Assembly: GCA_028534125.1 (NCBI GenBank)
Contig: CM052841.1
Location: 67,518,001 to 67,582,000 of the forward strand
Length of the DNA: 64,000 bases
From: Lama glama
Taxonomy: Eukaryota
Direction of reading: 5' to 3'
Shown here: in pieces, positions 10,921 through 23,888 of the stretch
Layout of the letters: the number at the start of each line of letters is the position of its first letter
Position numbering within the stretch: position 1 is the first letter of the stretch
Notes under the pieces: generated by a model
Told to the model about the DNA's origin: nothing
The model's database searches: none
What the model saw: the letters and a program-made list of their open reading frames with translations, nothing else
Translations under genes and position numbers: made by a program

Positions 10921-13899
10921 GCAGGCCCGCGGCCACAGCGCAGCCCTCAGCAAGGGTCAGGCGTGAATTTTACAGCTGAGTTTGCGGGGCACACCCTCCG
11001 CACTGGGCACGGGAGGAGCTCGCCATGTGAGTTATTCCATTTCATCATCGCCAGAGCCCAGGAGAAGGAAGCTTAAGTTCAGAGGGGCCGGCAAGCTGCT
11101 CGGGGTCAGGAGACCCACCAGAATTTCCACGCAGGGGTCGGTCAGTCTGTTTCTCAAACTGTTTGGAGATTTTCTCTGTGATAGAGGAATGACGGAGTAG
11201 GCTATTTTATGTGTGGGCATTCAGATTCTCTCAGAGAGAGTCTTTCTTCAGAACTAGAAATAAAAAGAAAGAAAAAGGAGAAGAAGAAGAAGAAAAAAAA
11301 CAACCTCTCCAGACCCAATGAAGAAGAATGGAACAAAGCGTCCTCTGGCCATCTGGTCTACCTTGTAAAGCCGCCACGCACAAAGGGACTGCCGACTTTC
11401 CAGAAGCCTCCACGATGCTCCAGAAGCCCTGGAGCAGCCGCCACCTGGTCTCAGAGAGGCCGTCACAAGCCTCGTCTCCGGCGTTCTGCTCGACTTGACT
11501 CTAGTCCCGCTGCCTACGTGACCCTGAACCTGCCTCTCCCAGCTCAGGGCCCACCTGCCTTGAGGTCTGCAGGCTCCTCAGTCACCAGCCGGCCTGCCAG
11601 TGAGGCTGGCACGTGAGACGTGTCTGTGGATGTCCCCCCACTCCAGCCGTTGGAAACAGTGCTCTGCAGCGGATGGGGGCCGACTCAGTGCCTCCAGTGC
11701 CCCCCGCCCCCGTCCCCCCAGCACGACTGCCCGTCACTGAGGGTGACCGAGACCTTCCTGCCGCCTGCCTCCCGCAGCCTGGGGCTCGTGCACGTGAGGC
11801 AGAGTCTTTCTGGAGCAGTAAGTCTCATTCCGAAAAACAGGAGGGTGGTTCAGCCATTTGGATTAGGCAAACGGGTGGGCCCGACAGGCCCTCCTGCCTC
11901 TAAAGCCGGCACTTTCTCGAACAGACCCAGCAGCCTCTAGAGTGACACCTCCGTGGGCGCTTGCACACAAGTCTTGTCTACATCTTCCCTCCGAGCAAGC
12001 AGCATGGCTTCCCCTGACCCTGGCTCGGGCCGACAGCTGGTCTCGGCGCCGGAGGGAGCCATCGCACGGCCTCAGCCGCAGGGGTGCCCAGGCACGGGAC
12101 GGAGCCCGAGAGCGCAGCGGGGAGACCTGGCCCACGTTCCAGCCTGGATGCCCCGTCCCTGCTCCAAGCCTCGGGTTCATCTACGAAGCAGCAGTGAGGG
12201 CATCCGGGAACCAGAATTTTTGCAAGAGTAAAAGGCGGTTTTGTGTCTTGGGGACCTACTCCACGGAGCCTGGCAGGCACCAGACGCTCAGTTCTTGGGA
12301 CCTGCTGTTTCTACAGTGCCACCGTTTCTGTGTCTCAGAAGTGGCCATTCTACACGGGAGAAAGGCCGAGCCGGTGGCCAGGAGCCCAGCGCTCCCACTC
12401 GGGCTTTGCCACACACTGCGCTGCAGTCTGGGCCAAGCCCCGCCTTTCGCCGTCTCCCTGCGGGTGTGGCGCAGAAGTAACGATGTGCTTGAAAGCGTCG
12501 CACGAACTGCAGACAACCAGCCGGTAGAACGTATTTACTGCTCACTGCCTAGTACCCACCTTTCCCGGACTCCACCGTGAGGCTGATGTCCGGCCGTGTG
12601 CAGCCCACTGGTTCCCCCAAAAGACTGTTAGCCAACCCAGTTTTATTTCTGCTGTGATTGCTCTAATTTGTCGAACAAGTAAACAAAGCAGGACAGTGTG
12701 CTTTGTGTCCAGGATGTTCAGCTGATGGTCTGAAAGAAAGCCAATTAGTTCCAGGGCCAGCAAATGTGGCCCCAGCCCCCACCAGGGTGGGAGGTGGGGA
12801 GCCTCGTTGTCCCCAGGTGCCTGAGCTGGGGGCTGTGACGGAGAAACAGTCCTCCTCGGGTGCTGGCTGAGCGACAGCGTTGGTACCCAGCTCACCTCCA
12901 AGAGCCCGCCCGGCTCCGAAGCTGCATGACCTGACGCAGCCGTGCACGGAATTCTTGCTGCAGACCAGGCCTGTGCAAAGAGCGGCGCGTGTCTCCCTTT
13001 CCTGGAGGACGACTGGTGCTGAAGCCAGGAGGACTTGGCTGCGCCTGGCGAGTGGGTGCGCGAGGGGCTCGTTCACGCTGAAAATGGGCTGAGGTTTGAG
13101 GGGCCCTCAGGCCGGAAAAGTTCTGGGACGGCTCCCTGTGGCCCTAAGACCCACGTGGAGTGAAATCTCCACCCAGTGGCGTTTCTGCTGTGCTCTGGGC
13201 CCGTGTGGGATAACCCCTCTTCCACAGGACAGTCCTTCAAACATCTGAAGACAGCTGCTTGAGAAAGACAGCTTCTTAGGAAAGCAGACGGCCGCCCCAC
13301 AGGAAATCTGAGCTTTTAAAATGGATAAGGGGGAGCATCTCCCTCCCGTCCTCCCCTGAGGGCCTGAGTCCTCGCTGGAAGTTTTCAGAGGAAGATGGCG
13401 GCCACCAAGTGGGCCTCAAGGAAGTGGCTTGAGGCCAGGCGGCCTCGAAGGGTGCAACCAGAGGCCTGCAGGTAAATATTTAATGACGAACTCTGTAAGG
13501 AAAAGGCCTGGCTCTGTGGAGTCTGCCAGTTTCCATGGTGTGAGTCCCTCCCACCACGGCTGACTTTGGGAGTCACGCGGCTGGCCTCTGTGCACAGGTA
13601 CCAGCCAGCTCCAGCCTCCACGGGGACTCTGCTGACACCTCGCAAGCGGACAGGCCCCAGGGACACAGTCAGCATCGAGCACAGGCTGTCCAGGTGTGCA
13701 GAGGTGGAAGAGGGGCAGCCGGGTGGCCTGGTCCCTGGACTGTGGGGCAGGGGCTCCTATCAGCCCGGGAACACTTCCAGTGTCGAGGCCTCTGAGTACC
13801 CGAGGTCTGCACGCCAGCCAGCCTGGAAACATGCCCCCAAGGCCCCCCGCCCCGCTTTGGCTCTCTCCGGTCTAGCCTTATGTCTGACTGACATTAGTG

Positions 13900-14070
13900 G
13901 ACTCACACCAAGCACTTCTGTGCGCCAGGCCACGGAGGGGGGGTGTTCTGTCTCACCCAGTCCTCACAAGAGCCCGTGGGGCTCCCACGATACAGATGAG
14001 GAAACTGAGGCACAGAGAGGCTGGGTAACTTGGCCAAGGCACACAGTCAGCTCACGGGGAGCCGGTCTGC
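13900..14070 (-). mobile_element. MIR SINE
   Basis: Core ACAGATGAGGAAACTGAGGCACAGAGAGGCTGGGTAACTTGGCCAAGGCACACAG. Confidence 0.85.
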
Positions 14071-14924
14071 CCTCGGTGCCTCCCCCTCATGGGTCGGGGA
14101 CAAGTCAGCACCTGTCCCTGGGGTCAGCGCAGGGAGGGGGCAGCAGAGTGGCCGGTGGCACTGGGAGTCCACAGCAGAGGGTGGTCAGCACAAGGTCCCC
14201 TGCAGGGAGGGGCCCGTGCCAGGGAAGGGGGGCGAGATGGAGCCGAGGTCCCTTCTCCCCTGGATGCCCTCCCCCACCCCCCCACCCCCTACCGTGCACA
14301 AAATTCGCAGCTGTCCTGCCCGGGGTGGGAAGCCAGGCCGCGGCTGCCGAGACCTGCAGGAGTGGAAAATCTGCAGCCTTGGTTCTGCTGGTTCCCATTA
14401 AAACAAATCTCCTTGTTGACAAAAATAAAAGAGAGCCCAGTCGACGCCAGCAGGCACCGTCGGCGCGCTGCTTTTAATTCTCCCGCAAGGACTGGGCTCC
14501 GCGCTCCAAACTGGCACAGGCCCACGGGCTTCAAAGGGGAGATTCCTGACCGGGCAGGGGCCCTGGCGGGGTGCCCTGGAGCATGGAAGTGCCCCCCCCA
14601 GGGGGAGCGGCCCGGAGATGCCCGAGCCCAGGGTCTCATTAGCGCCGAACACATTCTGTCTCCCTATGCTTGGCACGGATTCTGGGTTCTTCTCAGCTGA
14701 GAAGTGGGACTTGAGTGCAGAATGGATGGTCCTGGCAAGCTCGGCGCAGAGCCAGTGTCTTTTGGGCTCGGGCAGCTTGGCGAGTCTCAAGTGCCACTGG
14801 AAGGCCGGGCGCCTGGGCAGGTGGGCCCCCTCCACGTCACCCCCAGTTCTGGTGGGGATCAGCTGGCCTTTGCATCTTGAGCTTGGGGTCTCTGAAGGGG
14901 ACCTGGAGAGCCTGCCTCGCCCGG

Positions 14925-15260
14925 TTCACTCGCTTCCTGCATCTGCCATAACAAAGCACCACAGGTGGGAAGCGGGACATCCAGTGGGTGCCTAGAACCA
15001 GAGAAATGGGTCTCTCCGTTCTGGGGAGCTTCTGGAGGCCAGGAGTCTGCAACCAAGGTGTGGGCAGGCCGTGCTCCTCTGGCAGCTCCAGGGCAGGGTC
15101 CCTCCTGCCTCTTCCAGCTGCTGGTGGCTCCAGGCATCCCTGGGCTCGTGGCCACAGCACTGTGGTCTCTGCCTCCGTGGGCACCTGGCCTCCGCTCTTC
15201 ACCGGTGTCCCCCCTCCTTGTGTCTCTTATAAGGACACTTGTCATTGGATTTAAGACCCA
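14925..15260 (-). mobile_element. MLT1 (ERVL-MaLR) solo LTR
   Basis: CTGCCATAACAAAGCACCACAG...TTCTGGAGGCCAGGAGTCTG...TCTTATAAGGACACTTGTCATTGGATTTAAGACCCAC. Confidence 0.87.
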
Positions 15261-15569
15261 CTCTCTGCCTCCCAGAGCCCATCCTCTTCTCCCTGGACTC
15301 CGGCCTGGGGCAGCAGTCGGCTCGCAGGCCCCACAGCAGGTTTAGGGATGGCCCAGGGCTGGCGCAGTCCTGGCGCCTTCTCCAAGACCCACCCCATTGG
15401 CCCAGCAAGGGGACAGGTGTCCAGGGGCCGAGTCACCGGGTCACATCAGCTCAGGAGCCTAGGCTCAAGCCAGACCTGCCACCGGGTGTGCCCCCGGCCC
15501 CAGTCCCCCCACCGGTGCCCGTGCTCTGGGCCCACCTGCCTGGCCTGGAGGCCCCAGAAGACCAGCGTC

Positions 15570-16021
15570 TTCGTGTCCTGTGGTCGTCACAACAAATGAC
15601 CCCAGAGCAGACGATTAAAACACAGCGACTCATTCTCTCCCAGTTTTGGAGACCAGGAGTCCGGGATCAAGGTGTCCGCAGGGCCGAGCTCCTTCCGGAG
15701 GCTCCAGCGGAGGGCTCTTCCTTGTCTCTTCCGGCCCCACTGGCTCCAGGTGTTTCTGGGCACGTGGCCACGTCACCCCGGCCCCTGCCTCGTCTTCCTA
15801 CGGTCTTCTTGCCTGTGTGTCTGTTTTCAGTCTCCCTCGGTCTTCCTCTTCTAAGAGCACTTTTGATGGCCTTTAGGGCTGACCCACTCTGGTCTCCTTA
15901 TCTCAAGGTCCTTCACTTAAGCACATTCGCACAGACCCTCTTCCCAAATAAGGTCACGTTCGTAGGTTCTGAGGATCAGAGTGTGGGCCCGTCTCTGGGA
16001 GCCATTGTCAGCCTCCCACAG
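15570..16021 (-). mobile_element. MLT1 (ERVL-MaLR) solo LTR
   Basis: CAGTTTTGGAGACCAGGAGTCCGGGATCAAGGTGTC...TCTCAAGGTCCTTCACTTAA...TTCCCAAATAAGGTCACGTTC...CAGCCTCCCACA. Confidence 0.87.
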
Positions 16022-16862
16022 CCAGCCCTGCCCGGAGTCCCCAGCATCAGCTCTGCACCCCCTCCGTCCTGGTGCCGTGACGCCCCATCAGGCCCCAAGC
16101 GTCAGGATGGGTCTGATCAGCACTGTGTCTGCTGGAAGACGCAGGGAAGGAGGGTGCACCCCGGGCTGGATGGGCCTGGACGGGAGCCTGGCTCCTCCCC
16201 TCAGGGGCTGGACATCCCGGGACCCCCTTCTCAGTGCTCCGAGCCTGCATGCTTACCTGCAGACGGGGGATGCTCTTCGTGCCACGGAGCGAGTGAGGGT
16301 TAAAGGCCTTGCAGGCTGGCGCAGCTGCCGTGTCTGTTCCGCCAGCATCACTGCCCCCCCCCACGCTCCCTCTCCACTGCCCCCCACCCCCAAGCCACTT
16401 GCAGCCTGGCGGCCGCTCCACTCAGGAACTGAGCTCAAAGCTTCTGAGGCACAAGTGAGCTTGGAGTCCGGGTTGAAGTCCACTTCGGGGGAGACTCGTT
16501 TTAAATTCTATATTCCCTTCTAGTTCCTCTTATGGAAGAAAATCTAATCTGGGAGCTGTTTCCATGAAAACCATTGGTTTAACAGTAAAAATGAGAACAA
16601 GTAGGACCAGCCCGCACTGGAAAAGCCAGCAGCCCAGACGGCGTGTGGCTCCCGGGCAGCGGCTGCTGCTGCAGGACCCCATGGGCGGCCCTCATCCTCT
16701 CCCGGCTCAGCCCTGCCAGGGGGGAAACTGCTGAACCAATGCGGGGAGCGGCCCCGGTTCTGTGCGCTGCCTCCGTGCTTGGACCACGCTGGCACCGCTC
16801 GGCCTAGCGGGTGGGGACCTGAAACTCCAGGCCCTGAAGGCCCAGTTTCCTGGGCCCAGGAC

Positions 16863-17290
16863 TGCGGTGGGTAGGATGGCGCCCGTGAATGTGACCTCAC
16901 TTGCGACAAAAGCCTTTGCAGATGCACTGAATTGAAGTTAAGAGTCTTGAGATGAGGGGATCGTTCTGGAGTTCCCAGGTGGTGCTGAAATGCCACCACC
17001 AGTGTCCTTCTAAGAGAGAGACAGACAGAGGTTAAAGAGCAGACACACAGGAGAAGCCACCTGAAGATGGCGGCAGAAACCGGGGCAATGCGACCACAGC
17101 CAAGGATGAGCTGGGGCCGGCAGGTGCGGGAAGAGCCTGGACCAGCCCCTCCGCTAGGAGCCGCAGGGGAGGGCGTCCTCGCCGACCCCGGGTTGGGCTC
17201 CGGCCTCTGGAACTGGGAGCGGCTACGTTTCTGACGTTTTCCACCTGGTCTGTGGTTGTTCATCACAGCAGCCCTAGGACACTGACACAG
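16863..17290 (+). mobile_element. MLT1 (ERVL-MaLR) solo LTR
   Basis: GTGAATGTGACCTCACTTG...CTTTGCAGATG...GTTAAGAGTCTTGAGATGAGG...CAGCAGCCCTAGGACACTGACACA. Confidence 0.87.
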
Positions 17291-20200
17291 GGACCAAGGT
17301 GACGTCGATGGCCACGGGACAGGGGCCCCTTAAGCATGAAGCATGGCTGCTTGGAGGGACGGGCAGGTCCGTTTGCCCTGCCTGGACACTGTCCCACCCA
17401 GAACCGCACCACCACCCTGACGGGGAACTGAAGGTCTTGCCCTGTATTAGCATCTACTTTGCTTTCCAGGCACCCCCGCGGCCACTAAGCGTGCAAGTGC
17501 GCAGCCCACCCGAAGCCGGTGCTGCCCACCAGTGGGGGAGGAAGCTCAGGTGTGCGGCTGCCGCAGGGGCTGGGCCGAGAGGAGGGACCACCCAGCTCCC
17601 AGTCCCCGCGCACACGTCCTCCAGGTTTGGTGCTGCCCTCAGTTCCCGCGTGTGGCGTCGGTGGGAGGATGGGACGAGGTCACGTGTCCCCGGCCAGGAC
17701 TCTTTAACCAGCAGGCAGCCCCGCTTCCTGCAGAGCGTCTGCCATCTGATCCCTTAGTGGCGGCGGTGCCGTGCCGCGAGCGCTGTCCGGCAGAGACGCA
17801 GCAGGACGTGGGGGCCTGCACGCCCCTCTCCCGGGACTCTCACCTCTGAGAGCGGCCTTTGACTCCTCCCGAGACCCCGCCAGCGAAGTGTCCAGGGCCA
17901 GGCAAATGGGGTCCTGGAGGTGGCCGTGAAGGGGGCACCAGAAGGAGATGCCCGCATCGAGAACACACAGCTGGCGCCTGAGGTCCTGGTGGGATGAGGG
18001 CCCGGTGCGGCGGCGACCCTCCCTGGGCCTCAGTTCCCCATCTGCGGACGGGCAGGGAGGCGGCACCTCCCTCACGTGGGTGCCGGGGGCTCCTGTGCGA
18101 GGCGGCACTGGGTGTGAGCTCTGCAGCGGACAGCGTCCACGACAAGGGCGCGTGACGGGCAGGTCAGTGCCCCGGCTGGGCCCTGGGCTCCCGGCAAGCC
18201 CCCCCAGTGCCTCCCCAGTCTCACCTCTGCCCCCGCTCTGGCCTCATCGTCCCTGTCCTGACCTGGCTCCCCCGCATCTGCTCTTGCCTCTCCGAGCAGA
18301 TCTCCTCTCTGCAGCCAGAGATCTTTCCAGAACTCAGCTCTGAGGAACCTTCTCCTCTTAAAACTCTGCATGTGCCCCGTTTCTCCTTGGGAAGACTCCA
18401 GGCCCCCTGCCTGGACAAGCAGCCCCCCAGCCCTCGGCCTCCCCCGCTCTCCGCCCCACCCACAGCCCCGAAGTGCAGCCCACAAGTCTCCCTCTGGGCT
18501 CTGGCCTGGGCTGTGCGTTCCCGCTCTTGGTGGGGACGGCCGGGGGACGAGGCCCTGAGAGGCGGCACCAGGCCCTGAGCGACTCCTCCGGGACTTTGAG
18601 GTCTGAGTTCCCGCGTCAGCTCCTCGGGGAGCCCCCCACCCCCTGGAGGTCGAGTCCTTGGATGCCTGTCCACAGCAGCCTCTGCCTCTCCACCAGGGCA
18701 CCTGCTCCGAGCCCCCGAGCCCCAGACCCCAAGCCTCTGCTGCCCGCAGGGAGAATGGCCCTGGAGACGGTGTCTGGCCAGGCTCCTGATTCTGAGCCCC
18801 GGGGCCTGCACACAGGGGCTCATGGGGAGGGCTCAGGGAGTAAGCTCTTCCTGTGGAGGGTGACAAGCCCAGGCAGGGGTCCACGCAGCTGTGGCCAAGG
18901 CCCTTCAGAGCCGTTTTGCATCTATGTGGCCAGAGCTCGGACGTGGGGCCAGGCCCCCAGTGCCTCCACTCACTGGTCCACGCCTTCGCCCCTCTGAGGT
19001 CTGTTCCCCGACCCCGAAGCCCAGGGAAGCAGGGTGGTGGGAGCCTCTCCTAAGCACAGTCCCCGCGCCATCCCCCAAACAATTACACGGCCTGCAGAGG
19101 GGTCTCTCCTGGCCCATTTTATAGACGGGAAGCTGGGGTCCGAGGCAGCTTTGCCCACCCGGAGGGCCCTTTGCGCCGGGCTCCATGGACACCTCTGCCC
19201 GCGCCTCCAAGGTGGGGTCCTGTGCGGGCCGTCGAGGAAGACGCCACCGATGCCTACTTCGTCGGCGCTGGCACGGGCAGCCGAGAAATGCCCTGGGGAG
19301 CAGGGGAGCGGCCCCTGGCCTCTGGGCAGCTCTCACCTGCACAGACGATGCTTTATGAGAATCAGTGGAGGTTTTTCCAGCCGACGTCTTCCTGAGCTGC
19401 GGGCTCAACGCTTGTCTGTAAAGCACCTCCGGGGGGGGGGGGGTGACTTGCCCAGCGGGTCCCAGAGAGGGAGGTGTGGGGACACCTGTCGCGTGAACAA
19501 TCACAAACTCGCTCTGTGTGTTCTAAGTCCGACTGGTGTCTGACATGGGCTGTTTCGCCTGGAAATTCCATTATCTTGAAAAGTTTACTTGGCCCCGATA
19601 GGAACAGGGAGGGCATGGCGTGGAAGCAGCCGGGCTGCACGGAGCGGGGAGAGGGCCAGCCACCGAGCGGCTGCCAGGCCTGATTCACCCGCCAGGTCTG
19701 CGTCTTGGCCGATCCTGGGCGATCTGCAGCAGGCAGGCTGTGCTGTGCTGTCCTGTCCTGTCCCTGCACTCGATGTGAGGGGCGGGCTTGGCCATTGAGA
19801 AACCTGCCTGCTGGCCCCCGACGACCTCTGCAGCTACAATGAGCTCCAGCCGCCGGCAGACTCGAGGCTCTGGTCTGTGTGCTGCCCGCGGCTGACTGCC
19901 GCCTGGGGTGCAGGTGCCGTCTCGGCGGCCTCCAGGCCTGGATGTGAGCTCCGGGCGGAAGAGCTCCTTTGCTGGACTCTGCATTGGCTGGCGGTGGGTG
20001 GGTGGAGGGGAAGCCCTCATTTGTTGGCGTTTGGAAGTTTTGACATGGTGGAGGGCAGCTTCATGGGTACCATTTGAGAAAGCCTGGAGCCCTGGAGTTC
20101 AAGTGACAACCAGGGCCAGAGCACACGCTCCTGGCTCCCTGTGCCGGCTCTTCCCTGCACAGCCCACATGCTCTCTCGTTCACCCAGCAGAGCTTGATTG

Positions 20201-20727
20201 AGCACAGACTGGGGGCCGGTCGTGGGATGCGGAGATCAGGTCCCCGTGCAGGGAGGCACCTGTGTAACCACGTGGCCTTCCGGGCCCGGCTCTGCCCTCT
20301 GTGCTTTGCTGTGCCTGCTGGCCCCCGTGCTTGTCACAGAGACTGTGGGCATTCCCCTGTGCACCCTGGGGACTCAGGCTGGGGACACTGGTTCACAGGA
20401 CGGTAAGGGCGAGTGGCTGCAGGGAGGGAGGAGACCCCGGACCGAGCCTCTGCAGGGGCGGCTGTGTCTCAGCTGCGTCCTGCCCCCAGACCCCCCTCCC
20501 CTGCCCAGCGTGGACAGCGTCACAGAACAGACAGACCACTCTGCCTGCCAAAGGAGCGAGGTTGTCAGCTGGGCTGGAGGAACCGTCAGGTGAGATGCCA
20601 TCTGAGGGCTCCCGCTGGGCGGGGTCCCCACCCCCACGGGCATCAGAATGCCCCTACTGTTCCGGAGAACAGCGTGCCTCCATCCCTGGGGTTCTCCAAA
20701 AGGCCTGCAGACTGGGGCTGCCAGGGC

Positions 20728-21060
20728 GTTGGGGGCTGAGCTATGCCCCCCCAAATTCACATACTGAACCCTGACCCCCCAGCACTTCAGGCACGATTGT
20801 CTTTGATGAAAGGCCTTTACAGGGAAGATAAAGGTAAAGGAAGCCCCTGCATTTTAGGCTGGTTGTCCTTCCTGAACGTTAGGACGGAGTCACGCAAACG
20901 GCAGACGCGGGGATCAGACGGCCGTCTTCACACCCGGGGGCCGCCTCGGGAGAAGCAGCGCTGCCCGCGGCTTCCAGTCCCCAGGACGGGAGGGGGCGGC
21001 TCACTAGGCCGCCCGGCCTGGGGCGCCTTGTCAGAGCCCCGGGCAACCTGCTGTCCCGGG
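20728..21060 (+). mobile_element. MLT1A-like LTR fragment
   Basis: CCCCCCAAATTCACATACTGAACCCTGACCCCCCAGCAC...AGGCCTTTACAGGGAAGATAAAGGTAAA. The 3' part is highly diverged. Confidence 0.6.
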
Positions 21061-22094
21061 AGGCCTGGCGTCTCAGGTGCTGCCCTTGGCCGCCGGCCGG
21101 CCCACCTGGGCTCCCCCACAACTGTGTCAAAGTGGAGGTGGTGGAGCTCATGCCTCGTCCGAGGCGGGGGGAGCGCCCTGCTGGCCGGGTGGACAGGCAG
21201 CAGCCCTGGCTGCTGAGGCCTCAGCCCGCAGGGGGCGGTGGGCAGGGCCGAGGGCGGGAAGGCAGAAGTGGGGGCTCCTGGAGCCGGCAGGGCGGCCCTC
21301 CAGTGATGGACAGCGTCCCTCCTCCTGGAGAGCGGGCTCACACGGGGTTGGGGCCCGAGGCAGGAGCTGCTCCCCGGCCATGCGCACCACCTCGCTTGAT
21401 CCAGTAAAATCCCTCCCCTCGGGACAGGAGGACCTGGGGCTCCAAGCGCTGAGACTTCCTGCTCCAGGCCCACAGCAGGGTGTGGCTGAGCCGGACTTGA
21501 ACCCAGAGCTCCTCCTCATTGGTGAGGGGAGCCGTGACAGGGGTCCCTACTGTTATGCGCGACCTGATGCAAGTCCGTCTCTCAACTGGGAGGCACGGCC
21601 AAGGGCAGCCTGAGCGCCTGCGGTGCTGGCCAGTGCCCCGGCTGCGCCCACTAGAGTCTGGATCATGGTTACCCTCCTATGGTCCCGGGCAGAGGGGTCT
21701 GGCTGCTCAGGTTGGGGGTTTCTCTCTGAGTCTCCTGGTGGGACAGACCCCAGGCGTGCATGAGCTGGAAGGCCAAGCCACGGCGTTCCCGGCTCTCAGG
21801 AGGGGATGAGGCGCAGCCACCCAGTCCGCTCACAGCCAGGAGGCCAAAGCCTTCTCGTCACTGTGAAGTCAGCTCTCCAAGGGACACTGGGAGCTCTTGA
21901 GGGACCAGCTGTGTTGAGCCAAGCGGAAGTTCAGATGCCCACTGTGAGCCCAGGTGTCGGGAGGGTGGGCTAGCCAGCACACAGGCACGTGTGAGGACGG
22001 TGCAGTTATCAGGGATGAGGGACACAGCTCTGGTGATATTTCCAGTAAGGCACAATGCCTGAAGCATACAGGTACCATTTGAATTTTAGTTTTT

Positions 22095-22243
22095 AAAACA
22101 TTTTTTGGCTTTTTTTTGGATTTGTTTGTTTTGGGGGGAAGTAATTAGGTTTATTTATTTATTTTTAATGGAGTTACCGGGGATTGAACCCAGGACCGGC
22201 TGCATGCTCGGCACGCACCCTACCACTGGGCTGTGCCCTCCCC
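22095..22243 (-). mobile_element. Vic-1-type (camelid) tRNA-derived SINE
   Basis: The reverse complement reads GGGGAGGGCACAGCCCAGTGGTAGGGTGCGTGCCGAGCATGCAG..CCTGGGTTCAATCCCCGGTAACTCCATTAAAAATAAATAAATAAACCTAATTACTTCCCCCC. Confidence 0.87.
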
Positions 22244-23888
22244 GACAGAGGCATGTGTGACTGTCACTGAAGGTGCACCCCACGTCCTTGGGGAGAGCTG
22301 GAGCTCTGAAAGCTGTGCTGTCTTCTGCTGCCTAGACCCCTGACCTACGGTGGCCCCCAAGACTTCAGGAGAAGCTGGCCTTCCCAGTGTGGGGCGGGGC
22401 TGGGGGCTCAGGGAGAGTCCAATAGAACTTCTCTCTCACTGAGACATAGGACAGTAAAGGGCCAGCTCTCCAGCTGAACCAGCTCACACGACTCACAAGT
22501 CATACACGTTCCCCAGATCGTACGTGGGGTTTTACAGGGAGGAAAAACAACAGCAACGAGGAACCGTGAAAGCCAGAGGAGCATTTCTGCTGCACTTCAT
22601 GTGTCTCGTCCTTTTCCGGTGCAATATTTAACACCTCGAAGAGCACACGGGGCAAACAGGGGGCCTGAGGGCCAGAAGCGCCCCAGCGCCCCACCACCCA
22701 GCTCAGGGGGCAGCATGGGGCCATCTCAGCAAACCTCCCCTCTACCCCCTCCCCTCCCTTCCTGTTCCCAGGGTGACAGGAATCAAAGGGCATCTGGGGA
22801 ATTTCAGCCCGGTCTGGGGGGGGTAACGGGAGACAGGGAGCATGGGGGTCCCCGACGTGCTTCGGTACCACCGGCTGAGTTATTTGCTCGAAGGGGATGG
22901 GGATGGCTTAGGGCTTGGAGGCCTCCTGATCCACCTCCATTGCTCTTTAAAGCTAGCCCTACTGCTCTTCCCGGAAGGGTTCTGAGCAGGGGGGCTTTCT
23001 GAGCTTGGGGAGCCTCATGGAGGGAGCTCCCACCTGCCACCAGAGCCTGGCAGGCTCCTGCTCCAGGGGGACCTCGCCAAGGCTCAAAGAAGTGGAGGCA
23101 GAAAGGCAGCTCCCAGAGGCCGTCCCAGGGCAGGGGCCCTAACCCCTCATCCTCTGCCTGCTGTCACCTCCCAGAGGGGTGTCTTCTTTGCTTTCCTTTT
23201 CGATGCAAAGGGGTCAGCAGACAGTAGGAGGAAGCGAGGGGGGAGGGGCTGCCGGCTAACTTCGCCTGATTAATATCCCAGATGTGTGGCATCCGAGCTC
23301 CCTGGGGACCTCCTGGGAGCCTAGACCTCAGCTGGGGCAGGAGAAGCTGGGGGGCGGTGGAGGGCGGGTCGGCTGTCGGGGTGGACATGTCTGCCACAGC
23401 CTTGGGCGCCCCGATCTGGCTGGATTGGAAGTTCAGCCTCCACCCAGAAGAGGAGCTCTGTACTCTTGCAAGTGAAAGAAAAAGTTAGGCGGGGGGAACT
23501 GCAACTTTTCTAGCCCCAAACGGTGGCAATCAGGGCCCCTCCACGCTGCTTCTCGGGCTCGGCCGGGTGCAGGCACCTGGGGCGGGGAGCGTGGGGGTCC
23601 CGAGTGGGCTGCCGGGCTCCGACCGCGCGCACTCGCCGAAAGAGCGGGGACGCCGCGCGCGCCCTGAGTCAGCTCCCGCCCCGGGCCGGCCCCTTCCCTG
23701 CTGCCACTCGCCCGCTGTCCCCACCCCCTCGCCCGCGGCGCCCAGTGGGAGGCGGGGGCCGGCCTGGCCGAGCCCAGCGCCCGCTCTGATTTGCTGCGGC
23801 CGTGGGGGAGCGACAGCCTCCGCGGGTGCCTTCCAGGGGAGAGGGAGGGAGGGAAAGGGGGAGAGTGCTCGGCGCCCAAGGCGAGGTC

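Noticed and set aside
5300-23400. Many long overlapping ORFs (e.g. 6105-7007, 13566-14477, 15239-16303)
   Set aside because: Pro/Gly/Arg/Ala-rich, present in several frames at once, with no recognisable domain, and they run across MIR/MLT1 repeats. This is expected in GC-rich DNA with few stop codons.
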